From an uncultured archaeon (lineage in GTDB: Archaea; Thermoplasmatota; Poseidoniia; MGIII; CAYLMJ01): a stretch of 64,000 nt of DNA. A model generated the notes under the pieces. It did not search any database. It saw nothing but the letters and a program-made list of their open reading frames with translations, and had not been told where the DNA came from. Shown here piece after piece: positions 8,165 through 16,437 of this stretch. Position 1 is the first letter of the stretch; each line of letters opens with the position of its first letter. A program made the translations under genes and the position numbers. Location: NCBI GenBank assembly GCA_964384995.1, contig CAYLMJ010000011.1, forward strand, positions 4,417 to 68,416, given 5' to 3'.

Positions 8165-9448
8165 CTAAGCGTCCTGTCCAGGGGTATCGTAATCGAAGTA
8201 GGCGTCCCAGGCCTTGTCCAGGGTGGCGAGGGCCTCGGCCAATGGCACGGCCTTCAGGTCCTCCCGCTCCCCGGTGACCAGTCCCAGCCGCTTCAGCTTG
8301 GCGATGCCGTCCTCCACGTCGAAGTCGAAATGGCGGTCGAACTTGGTGGCGAACCAGCGCTCGATGGTCTTGTCCAGGGCCGCCTGCACCTCGGGGTCGG
8401 GTTTGCGCAGCAGGAAGAAGTAGGCCAGCAGGGCCTCCTTGACCTCCTCCTCCTCGGCCGCCGAGAGCAGATGGTGGATGACGCCGATGTTGTTGTCCAG
8501 GTTCTTGAAGTAGAGCCCCTCGGAGATGGTCTGCATGTACCGTATCTTGGTGTTCTTGTAGCGGTTGACCGAGCGCAGGATGTAGCCGGCCAGCACCAGC
8601 ACCAGGGCCCCCGCCGCCTGGAGCGAGCGGTCGTCGGTCTGGGTGACGGCCTCGGTGCCCGCCAGGGCCAGGCCCGCCACCGCCGCCAGCTTGACCCCCG
8701 CAGTGGCCAGTCCGCCCAGGATGGGCACCGACACCTGGAGCCGGTCCAGGAGGCTCATCTTGAGGATGGTGTTGGGGAAGACCATCTCCAGGTCGGCCTT
8801 GGGGATGTTCTTGAAGAACTTCAGATAGATCTTGCCGGTCTGCATCGATTTGACCCGGTGGGCCTTCTTGTGCCGCCGCAGGGCCTCGGGCTTCAGCCGC
8901 AGGACCATCACCAGGCGCTTGAAGAGGTCCACCTCGATCTCCTTCCAGCGAAAGAGGGTGGCCAGGCTCCTGACCTTCTCGGTGCGACGGGCCTCGCCGC
9001 GGCGAAAGAGCAGCAGCTCGGTGAACTCGTCCAGCTGAACCGCGCTGGAGAGGGGGAAGAGGGATTCGGTGTCGAAGGCCGCCTGGAGCTCCTGCTCGGT
9101 GACCTTGCGGAAGTTGGCCCGCTCAAGCATGAATGACAGCTCGTCCAGCAGGGGTCCGGTCTCGGCGGTGGTGTCCCCGTCCAGGACCGAGACGATGCCG
9201 GGGTCGGGGTTGAAGGGGCGATAGAGGGTGCGCAGGCGCTCCATCCGCTCGTTGAACTCGAAGTGGAGGGTGTTCTGGAGCAGCTGGGCGAACCTGAGAA
9301 AGAGCTTCCGGGACTCGGGGTCGTCGTCCATCTCGTTGGCCAGCAGGGTCACCAGCTCCTGGCGCTGGATGGGCACCAGGCGGCTCAGGGTCACGTCCTC
9401 CAGCTCGTCCAGCTCTTCATCCTCGTCCGGTGTCGGCTCTTCGGCCAT
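8165..9448 (-). CDS. TMEM143/DUF3754-like membrane protein (assignment from memory)
   Basis: 427 aa with an acidic N-terminus and a central hydrophobic hairpin (ILGGLATAGVKLAAVAGLALAG...AAGALVLVLAGYIL). YMQTISEGLYFKNLDNNIGVIHHLLSAAEEEEVKEALLAYFFLL and the C-terminal FDFDVEDGIAKLKRLGLV are like DUF3754. Confidence 0.5.
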   Translation of the reverse strand: MAEEPTPDEDEELDELEDVTLSRLVPIQRQELVTLLANEMDDDPESRKLFLRFAQLLQNTLHFEFNERMERLRTLYRPFNPDPGIVSVLDGDTTAETGPLLDELSFMLERANFRKVTEQELQAAFDTESLFPLSSAVQLDEFTELLLFRRGEARRTEKVRSLATLFRWKEIEVDLFKRLVMVLRLKPEALRRHKKAHRVKSMQTGKIYLKFFKNIPKADLEMVFPNTILKMSLLDRLQVSVPILGGLATAGVKLAAVAGLALAGTEAVTQTDDRSLQAAGALVLVLAGYILRSVNRYKNTKIRYMQTISEGLYFKNLDNNIGVIHHLLSAAEEEEVKEALLAYFFLLRKPDPEVQAALDKTIERWFATKFDRHFDFDVEDGIAKLKRLGLVTGEREDLKAVPLAEALATLDKAWDAYFDYDTPGQDA

Positions 9449-9554
9449 GGCGGCCCATACCGGGGGTGATTCTTACGTTTTGTTCTTACAAGGATATTGT
9501 TGGGGATCTGAGATGCACCGTTCCAGAAATCCTAATTAAGCTCTCCTTTATTCA

Positions 9555-10550
9555 ATGGCCAAGCGACGCGGGGACAACATGCCATCCGATGCAAGGGGAG
9601 CCAAGGAGCCCATCCGGGTCCTGGCCGTGGATGACAACAGGGCCGTCAGGGACACCCTACAGATGATGTTCGAGGGCTGGAAGGACCTGAAGCTGACCCT
9701 GGCCGAGAACGGGCAGGCGGCCAAGGACCGCATGACCTGCGACAGCTATCAGGTGGTGCTCACCGATATCGGGATGCCAAAGATGGATGGATTGCAGCTT
9801 CTGGAGCACATCCAGCGGGAGTTTCCCAAGATACCGGTGGTCATGCTGGCCGATTCCCATCAGGTGTCAACGGCCATGCAGGCCTTCAGGCTGGGGGCTC
9901 GGGATTACCTGCACAAGCCAATCGAGAGCGAGGCCCTCCGGCAGGTACTGGACCGGGCCATCGCCACAATCCCCCATGACGAGCCCCGCAGCCCCATCCG
10001 GGAGGACCTGGAGAAGCTGCGCTCGGCCATCGAGGCCCTGACCCCCGAGAGCCTGGGCGTGGAGGACCAGGAGGCCCAGAGCGAGGAGGTGAACCGGCTG
10101 GCGGAACTGCTCCAGAGCAAGCTGATCCACCCCCACAAGCGGGGCCACATCCACGACATCTTCCTGCTCTACAGCAAATCTGGCCTGGTCCTCGCCGACC
10201 TCACCACCCGGGAGCTGGACAAGGACGAGATGGACCTGCTGGGCAGCATGTTCGACACCGTGCGCAACTTCATGCAGGACGCCCTGCACACCGACACCGA
10301 CGAGGGCCTGAGGACCATCAGCTTCGGTGACTGGAACATCCTCTTCGAGAGGGGCCGCTGGTGCGACATGGTCGTGGTCTGCAGTGGTTTCCTGGGGGCA
10401 AGGGAGCAGGAGGCGGTCCGGGAGGCCCTGGCCTCGTTCGAGACCAGCAATGCCGAGATCCTCCCAGGTTGGAATGGGGTGCTCAACGACCTGAAGTTCC
10501 AGAAGACCATCCTGGAGGAGCTGTTCACAAGCATCGACAGGGAAGGATGA
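9555..10550 (+). CDS. CheY-like response regulator with an uncharacterised ~170-aa C-terminal output domain
   Basis: Receiver domain IRVLAVDDN...VVLTDIGMPKMDGLQLL...VVMLADS...DYLHKP. The C-terminal half (HIHDIFLLYSKSGLVLADL...ISFGDWNILFERGRWCDMVVVCSG...) matches no DNA-binding family I recognise. Confidence 0.75.
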   Translation: MAKRRGDNMPSDARGAKEPIRVLAVDDNRAVRDTLQMMFEGWKDLKLTLAENGQAAKDRMTCDSYQVVLTDIGMPKMDGLQLLEHIQREFPKIPVVMLADSHQVSTAMQAFRLGARDYLHKPIESEALRQVLDRAIATIPHDEPRSPIREDLEKLRSAIEALTPESLGVEDQEAQSEEVNRLAELLQSKLIHPHKRGHIHDIFLLYSKSGLVLADLTTRELDKDEMDLLGSMFDTVRNFMQDALHTDTDEGLRTISFGDWNILFERGRWCDMVVVCSGFLGAREQEAVREALASFETSNAEILPGWNGVLNDLKFQKTILEELFTSIDREG

Positions 10551-10703
10551 AGCGAGGGGGCGCTCGGGAGCAATATACTCGGGAGCAATATGCCCGGGAG
10601 GGCGATCGAGGCTCACTCACAACGCCGTGGTTCCATTCGGCCCGATTCCAATGCATTAATATCCAGGGAACGCTTCACGCTCTCAGCACACCATGGTGAG
10701 AAT

Positions 10704-10967
10704 ATGGCAAGCAGAATCGACCCCCACAGCACACTGATCGTCCTGAACAATTATCCTGGAAAGTACACCGCGGATTTCGAGATGTTCGATCCGGCGAGCT
10801 CACCGGTCCTCAACCGGATACCATTGAACCCCAGCGAGGACCCCGGTCCCGAGGTCATCGTGAACAAGGGCGATGTCTTCGTCTTTGACAACTACCCCGG
10901 TCAGTACCTGGTCGCCGCCTACAGCAACGACCCCGCCAACGCCTACCTCGACGTCACGCCAGCGTGA
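10704..10967 (+). CDS. small hypothetical protein (87 aa, probably all-beta)
   Basis: Internal ATG 10704 of ORF 10590..10967 (MASRIDPHSTLIVLNNYPGKYTADFEMF...GDVFVFDNYPGQYLVAAY), with an internal NYPG(K/Q)Y duplication. An ATTAATAT box lies ~45 nt upstream. Confidence 0.35.
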   Translation: MASRIDPHSTLIVLNNYPGKYTADFEMFDPASSPVLNRIPLNPSEDPGPEVIVNKGDVFVFDNYPGQYLVAAYSNDPANAYLDVTPA

Positions 10968-11058
10968 TCGTACTTGAGGGTCTGATCGAGGGCCTGATTG
11001 GAGCTTACGGACCTGGTTGGGGCTTATGGACCTGGTTGAGGGACCCTAAGCCTGGCCG

Positions 11059-12153
11059 TCAATTATCAACCCGATCCTTGTCCTGACATTCCTGCTGAAG
11101 GCCCTCGATCTCCTTGCTGAGGGTCTCCTCGTTGAGCAGGTTGGCCAGCTCCCGGGCCAGCCTCAGTTCACCCAGGGCCTCCTTCCATTTCTCCTGATCG
11201 TGGTAGAGCTGTCCCCTCTCGCGGTAGATGAAGATCAGCAGGCGCATCGAGCTTGAATCCAGGATCATCCTCTCGGCGATGTCCAGGTGCTTGTGGGCGG
11301 TCTCATGGTCGCCCTGAAGACGGCAGATGCGTTGCAACTCGATGTTCACGGCTCCCAGCATCATCTTGTCCTGGACCAGCTTGAACAGCCTCTCGGCCTG
11401 CTGGAGGTTCTCCCGGGCCGCATCGTATTCCTCGAGCTTCATGTGAACGCCGGCCAGATTGATGTGGGGGAAGCCCAGGAACACCTGGAAATGGACCATC
11501 CGTCCGATGTCCAAGGCTTTGGAAAATGACTCCTGGGCCTGCTCCAGCGCGTCGTGGTTGTAATGATAGGTCCCCAGGTTGTTCAGGGCCCTGACCGCAA
11601 AGTCCGGCCTTTCAAGTTCCCTCGCCAGGTGCTGGGTGGTGGCCCAATGCTCCAGGACCAGCTCATCGTTGTTCCTGGCGTGTTGCAGGATGCCCAGGGT
11701 GGAGTAGGCCAGGGCACCCGCCTCGCCCTCTGGCTCCATCTCGATGGCGGCCTCGCAGTCGCGGATGCTGTCATCGTAGGAACCCATCCGGTAGTAGAGC
11801 AGACCCCGCAGGGCCAGCAGATGGGCCTCTGTCTCCGGGCTCCGGGCAAAGCGAAAACCCTCGCTGATGCGGTCCTGGCAGCCGGGCCAGTTGCTGCGGG
11901 TGTAGCTCACCCAGGCGAGTCCGAGGCAGGCGGAGGCCATCAGTTCGACCTCGGTGGCATCCCTGAGGACCTGCTCGAAGAACTCCTGGGCCAGGTCTAT
12001 CTTGCCGGTGAGGAACTCGGTCTCGGCCTTGTTGAGCAGGATGGCATGCTTGCGGGTCGTATCATTGGGATAGCGGGCGGGGTCCAGATGGGTCGCGAAG
12101 TCGATGGTGCGCAGGGCCAGGTCAGGCCACTCCTCCCCGCTGTCCGAAGCCAT
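11059..12153 (-). CDS. tetratricopeptide-repeat (TPR) protein
   Basis: 364 aa with repeated A/Y/L 34-residue patterns (ALRGLLYYRMGSYDDSIRDCEAAIEMEP..., ALNNLGTYHYNHDALEQAQESFSKALDI..., ERGQLYHDQEKWKEALGELRLA). Confidence 0.7.
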   Translation of the reverse strand: MASDSGEEWPDLALRTIDFATHLDPARYPNDTTRKHAILLNKAETEFLTGKIDLAQEFFEQVLRDATEVELMASACLGLAWVSYTRSNWPGCQDRISEGFRFARSPETEAHLLALRGLLYYRMGSYDDSIRDCEAAIEMEPEGEAGALAYSTLGILQHARNNDELVLEHWATTQHLARELERPDFAVRALNNLGTYHYNHDALEQAQESFSKALDIGRMVHFQVFLGFPHINLAGVHMKLEEYDAARENLQQAERLFKLVQDKMMLGAVNIELQRICRLQGDHETAHKHLDIAERMILDSSSMRLLIFIYRERGQLYHDQEKWKEALGELRLARELANLLNEETLSKEIEGLQQECQDKDRVDN

Positions 12154-12209
12154 GGGCCTTGAATTCCCGGTGGTCTAAAAACCTCACCCGGTACGCATGC
12201 TGGCGTCGT

Positions 12210-13427
12210 TCAACCTACGATGCCCTTCTCCCTCAGCTCGCCCACATCGTATCCCAATCCACCGTAGATGGCTTCGTTCTGCTCTCCCAGGCGGGGCGGC
12301 AGGGTCAGCTCAGGGGCCACATCGGGGGCCACAGGGGGCGGGGCCACGGCCGATCCCAATCCGGTTTGCGGGTCATGGAACTTCAGCAGGCGGCGGGCCA
12401 GGTCGGGGACCTCCAGGGTCTGGGCGATGGTGTGGACCGGGGCGGCAGGCACCTTGCCGGCGTTGAGCCACTCCATCAGCCGGTCCGTCGGGTGCTTGAC
12501 GAAGCAGGCCTCCACTTCCTCCTCCAGCCGCTCCTTGTTGGCCTGGCGGGAATTGGTGGTGGCGTACTCAGGCCGGTCCAGGCCCTCGAAGCCGGGAAGC
12601 TGGCACAGGGCCTTCCACTGGGCCTCGTTGCCGGTGGCCAGGCAGAGGTGGCCGTCGGCGGTGGGATAGATGCCCACCGGGGCGAAGATGGGATGGCCGT
12701 TGCCCGACTTCTCCTGATGGTGGCCCAGGGACTCCATGCCGATGTGCAGGGCCAGCAGGGAGAGACTGCAGTCCAGCATGCTCACGTCGATGCGGCGACC
12801 CCTGCCCGTGCGGTCCCTCTGCCACAGGGCCTTGCACACCTCGGTGTAGGCCTGGTTGGCGGCCTCGAAATCGGCGATGCTGACCCCGAACTTCTGGGGC
12901 GGACTGCCAGGCTCGCCGTTGGTGAAGGAGAGGCCCGAGTAGGCCTGGATCATGGGGTCGTAGGCCGCCTCCGAGCGGTCGGGACCGAAGCCCGAGACCC
13001 CCAGCCAGATGAGCTCCGGCCGAAGCCCGGACAGCCGCTCGTGGTCGATGCCCAGCTTCTCGTAGTTGGTGGGTATCTGGTTGGAGGCGAAGACATCCAC
13101 CTTCAGCTTCACGATGAGCTCCCCCAGCAGTTCCCGCCCCTCCGGCTTGCCGAGGTCGAGGGTGATGGACTCCTTGGAGGTGTTGACGGCCATGAAGTAG
13201 CCGGTGAGGTCCTGGCCCTCTCCTTCGCCCTCCAGCACGGTGGGGCCAACCTTGCGGTTGGGGTCGCCCCACAGGGGCTCCACTCGGATGACCCGCGCCC
13301 CGTCCAGGGCCAGCCGCCAGGTGCAGTAGGGCAGGGCGATGGCCTGCTCCAGGCTGAGGACGGTGATACCTTTCAGCAGGGGTTCGGGTGAAGGCTCGCT
13401 CGTGATCGAAGCATCGGGATGGTTCAT
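12210..13427 (-). CDS. family III CoA-transferase (CaiB/BaiF/formyl-CoA transferase family)
   Basis: GITVLSLEQAIALPYCTWRLALDGARVIRVEPLWGDPNR N-terminal signature; 405 aa. Its start lies 2 nt after the MoaD-like stop, so it belongs to the same operon. Confidence 0.85.
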   Translation of the reverse strand: MNHPDASITSEPSPEPLLKGITVLSLEQAIALPYCTWRLALDGARVIRVEPLWGDPNRKVGPTVLEGEGEGQDLTGYFMAVNTSKESITLDLGKPEGRELLGELIVKLKVDVFASNQIPTNYEKLGIDHERLSGLRPELIWLGVSGFGPDRSEAAYDPMIQAYSGLSFTNGEPGSPPQKFGVSIADFEAANQAYTEVCKALWQRDRTGRGRRIDVSMLDCSLSLLALHIGMESLGHHQEKSGNGHPIFAPVGIYPTADGHLCLATGNEAQWKALCQLPGFEGLDRPEYATTNSRQANKERLEEEVEACFVKHPTDRLMEWLNAGKVPAAPVHTIAQTLEVPDLARRLLKFHDPQTGLGSAVAPPPVAPDVAPELTLPPRLGEQNEAIYGGLGYDVGELREKGIVG

Positions 13428-13428
13428 T

Positions 13429-13752
13429 TCAGCCCCCTCCGGCCGGATAGGAGATGATCACCTCGTCACCGGGCTCAAGCACAGTGGTCCCGGCGGCGAC
13501 ATCGCCGTTGACGGCCACTATGGCCGAGCGGTAGTCCAGGTCGGCCTGGAAGGCCTTGGTGAACTCCTCGCCATGGCGCTGGCAGAGGTCGGCCTCCAGC
13601 CGTTCCACGGTGGTCCCGGGTCCCAGGTCCACCTCCTCCGCGGTGCAACCTGTGTACTGGGAGAAGATGCCAAAGTAACGCACGGTGATGGTGGCGGCGG
13701 TCCCGGTGGGCGTCGAGGCCTGGGTCATGGTATCCGGTCCGGTGGTGTCCAC
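13429..13752 (-). CDS. MoaD/ThiS-family beta-grasp protein with a C-terminal Gly-Gly (SAMP/MoaD-like)
   Basis: 107 aa ending ...VAVNGDVAAGTTVLEPGDEVIISYPAGGG. Sits 14 nt downstream of the AOR gene. Confidence 0.7.
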   Translation of the reverse strand: MDTTGPDTMTQASTPTGTAATITVRYFGIFSQYTGCTAEEVDLGPGTTVERLEADLCQRHGEEFTKAFQADLDYRSAIVAVNGDVAAGTTVLEPGDEVIISYPAGGG

Positions 13753-13766
13753 CCCATCCCGATGCC

Positions 13767-15770
13767 CTATTTTAGCAAATCTTGCGCCTTCAAGGGTGGG
13801 ACGAGGTCCTCCAGCTCCAGCTCCACCAGGGTCTCGCGCCGCACCAGGCCGCTCTCCCGGTCCCAGCCCCGGAGAGCGTAGTAATCGTCCACCATCTCCT
13901 CGACCTTCTCGGGCGGGAAGTCCAGTCCCTTGTGGCGGCCCGAAGCCAGGGGCCGGTTGAACTTGGGGGGGAGCCGGTCGTCGGCCCGGCGGATGCCAAA
14001 GCGGGTGTTCAGGGCCCGCTCCAGGGTCAGTATGCGACTGCCGGTCCCCATCAGATCCTGGTAGCTCACCTGAAGTCCGGTGGCGGCGGTGAGCAGCTCG
14101 TGGTACTTGATGGAGCTGACCTCCCGCACGGGCTCGCCCTTGGCCTCGGCCCGGGCCTTGGCCCGCATCTCGGGGATGGGGTGCTGGGCGTAGTAGGAGC
14201 CCTGCATGAAGCGGCAGGAGCCCAGGCTGTCGGTCACCGCCCCCAGGTCCTCGTGGTAGGCCACCATGGCCACCTTGCCCCCGTACTCGGTCATCTGGCT
14301 CGCGCCCTCGTCGCCGAACAGCTCGAGGGAGAGCTCGGGGGGCATGCGGATCATCTCGTAGACCGGGTGGGCTCTCAGATGGTCGGAGCCGCGGCTGGCC
14401 ACGATGTAGGTGAAGCCGAAGCCCTTGGAGACCCGGGGCTCGCAGGCGATGGTGTCCATGCCCTTGATGGCGGTGGTGTACTCGGGGGCCTTGCCTCCCA
14501 GCTCCAGAGCCGCCTTGTTGGCTCCCAGGGCCGCCAGCTTCCCCAGCCTGCCCTTGCGATGGACCAGGCGCTCCACCATCTCCAGCATGGCCTCCACATT
14601 GCCGAAACTCAGGTCCAGTCCCTCATCATCGGGCAGCAGGCCGGCCCCGTTGAGCTCCATGAGCGTGGCGATGACGTTGCCCCCGGAAACACAGTCGAAC
14701 CCGTGGTCGTTGGCCAGGCCGTAAGCGTGGAAGACCGCCTCCAGATCATCGATGCCACACTTGGAGCCGAAAGCCGCCACCCCCTCGTACTCCACGTTGC
14801 CCCGGGTGCCGGCGTAGGGCCCCGATTCGATGAGGCCAAAGCGCTTGCATCGGTTGGGGCACGAGGGGCAGGCCCGGCCGGCGGGCTTGGGCGCAGAGCG
14901 GGTGGAGAGGGTGTCGCGGAAGCGCTCCCCCGAGATGGCGTCGGCCCCCTCGAACTGGGACTCGGTGAAGTTGCGGGTGGGCAGCCATCCCAGGTGGTTG
15001 CCCCAGTTGACGCAGATGGAGGTGCCCAGGGACTGGTGGGCCAGGGTCTTGAATCCCGGGTCGTTCACCACCCCCAGCCAGCCGTCTCGGGCGGCCGAGA
15101 AGTAGGCCTCGGGGTCGGCCACCTCCAGGCCCCCGGTGCCGCGGACGGCCACCGCCTTGAGCCCCTTGGAGGCCATGACCGTGCCCATGCCGGTGCGGCC
15201 GGCGGCATCCCAGTAGTCGAAGATGATGGAGCCGTAGAGCACCCCGTTCTCGGCGGCCTGGCCCACGGCGGCCACCCGCACCGCGTCGCCGCCCAGCTCC
15301 TCCTCCAAGTTCCGGGTGGTGTCGAAGACCCCGGTGCCCCAGAGATGGTCGGCGCACCGGAGCTCGACGCTGTCGTCCTCCACCGCAAGGTACATGGGCT
15401 TGGCCGACCGGCCGGTGACAACGATGGAGTCGTAGCCGGCATACTTGAGCTCGGGTCCCCAGTGGGTGCCGGCGTTGGAGTTGCCGTAGATGTCGGTGAG
15501 GGGGGACTTGGCCGCGGCGTTGACCCGGCCGGTGGTGGGACCGATGAGGCCGGTCAGGGCCCCGGTGGAGAGGCAGAAGATGTTGTCGGGCCCCAGGGGG
15601 TCGCAGTCCACCTTCAGCTCATCGTAGAGCAGGCGCGCATCGGCGCCCCGCCCGCCGTAGAAGAGGGCCAGGCGACCCTTGTCAACGGGTTGCTTGACCA
15701 CCTTCTGCCGGGTCATGTCCACCCTGAGGATGGTCCCGGCGTAGCCTCCCAGACCTCCGTTGTCGCTCAT
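13767..15770 (-). CDS. aor: aldehyde:ferredoxin oxidoreductase (tungstopterin AOR family)
   Basis: 667 aa. N-terminal GYAGTILRVDMTRQKV...GGRGADARLLYDE, cluster motif CPSCPNRC (C-x2-C-x3-C), and GNVEYEGVAAFGSKCGIDDLEAVFHAYGLANDHGFDCVS. Confidence 0.9.
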   Translation of the reverse strand: MSDNGGLGGYAGTILRVDMTRQKVVKQPVDKGRLALFYGGRGADARLLYDELKVDCDPLGPDNIFCLSTGALTGLIGPTTGRVNAAAKSPLTDIYGNSNAGTHWGPELKYAGYDSIVVTGRSAKPMYLAVEDDSVELRCADHLWGTGVFDTTRNLEEELGGDAVRVAAVGQAAENGVLYGSIIFDYWDAAGRTGMGTVMASKGLKAVAVRGTGGLEVADPEAYFSAARDGWLGVVNDPGFKTLAHQSLGTSICVNWGNHLGWLPTRNFTESQFEGADAISGERFRDTLSTRSAPKPAGRACPSCPNRCKRFGLIESGPYAGTRGNVEYEGVAAFGSKCGIDDLEAVFHAYGLANDHGFDCVSGGNVIATLMELNGAGLLPDDEGLDLSFGNVEAMLEMVERLVHRKGRLGKLAALGANKAALELGGKAPEYTTAIKGMDTIACEPRVSKGFGFTYIVASRGSDHLRAHPVYEMIRMPPELSLELFGDEGASQMTEYGGKVAMVAYHEDLGAVTDSLGSCRFMQGSYYAQHPIPEMRAKARAEAKGEPVREVSSIKYHELLTAATGLQVSYQDLMGTGSRILTLERALNTRFGIRRADDRLPPKFNRPLASGRHKGLDFPPEKVEEMVDDYYALRGWDRESGLVRRETLVELELEDLVPPLKAQDLLK

Positions 15771-16270
15771 GGGGCCACCTCGGTGGAACTGGTCGGGGAG
15801 GTGGCGTCACGTGCCTCCGCCTGATCTGCCGGGGCCACTACATTGGGGTCCGTCTGTTCATCATCCTCAGCCTCCCAGCGCAGGGCCTCGGTCTCGCACC
15901 ACTGGACGCACTTTGGGTCGCCATCGCAGGTGTCGCACTTGTAGAGCTCCAGCTTCACCGGGTCGAAGTGGATGGCCTGATGGGGACAGACCACGACGCA
16001 CTGCTTGCAGCCGATGCAGAGGCCGGGTTCGTGGACCACCGCTTTGGTATCGGGGTCAAGACCCAGGGCCCGGGTGGGGCAGGCCACGATGCAGTGGGGC
16101 GGGTCGCACTGGCGACAGCCCAGGGGGAAGTCGATGCCCTCCCATTCCAGGCGCACCACCCTGACCCGGGAGCGGTCGGGCCAGAAGCGACCGGTCTTCT
16201 CGAACGAGCAAGCGAGCTCGCAGGCTCTGCAACCGGTGCACATTTTATCGTCGAAGATGAGGCGGCCCAT
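15767..16270 (-). CDS. polyferredoxin with four [4Fe-4S] binding motifs (AorA/HybA-like electron-transfer subunit)
   Basis: CTGCRACELAC, CRQCDPPHCIVACP, CIGCKQCVVVCP, CDTCDGDPKCVQWC. ATGA overlap with the AOR start. Confidence 0.85.
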   Translation of the reverse strand: MGRLIFDDKMCTGCRACELACSFEKTGRFWPDRSRVRVVRLEWEGIDFPLGCRQCDPPHCIVACPTRALGLDPDTKAVVHEPGLCIGCKQCVVVCPHQAIHFDPVKLELYKCDTCDGDPKCVQWCETEALRWEAEDDEQTDPNVVAPADQAEARDATSPTSSTEVAP

Positions 16271-16437
16271 GGTGTTCTCCTAGGGTAGGGGGGTCTGGTT
16301 ATCGAGGGCCAGGCTTTAGGGTTTGGGAACCCGGGTTCATACTACCGTTGTTCACTTGATGGTCAAATGTCAACTCCCATCTCTTTACTCCAAACCCAAA
16401 TCCCCTTAACTGGCGCCTCAATCAGCCTGGCGTCACC

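Noticed and set aside
7385-9136. 583-aa ORF on the + strand, antisense to htpX and the DUF3754-like gene
   Set aside because: It is a shadow ORF typical of high-G+C DNA. The translation is G/H/L/V/D/Q-rich with no motif, and it overlaps two well-supported - strand genes.
13782-15824. 680-aa + strand ORF covering the AOR1 gene, with similar long antisense ORFs at 17841..19727 (-), 23100..24776 (-), 34441..36309 (+) and 56765..58570 (+)
   Set aside because: All lie exactly antisense to genes with strong family signatures (AOR, iorA, AOR2, the B12 mutase, pheT). Their translations are low-complexity (G/L/V/H/D/A-rich), so they are frame shadows of G+C-rich codons.
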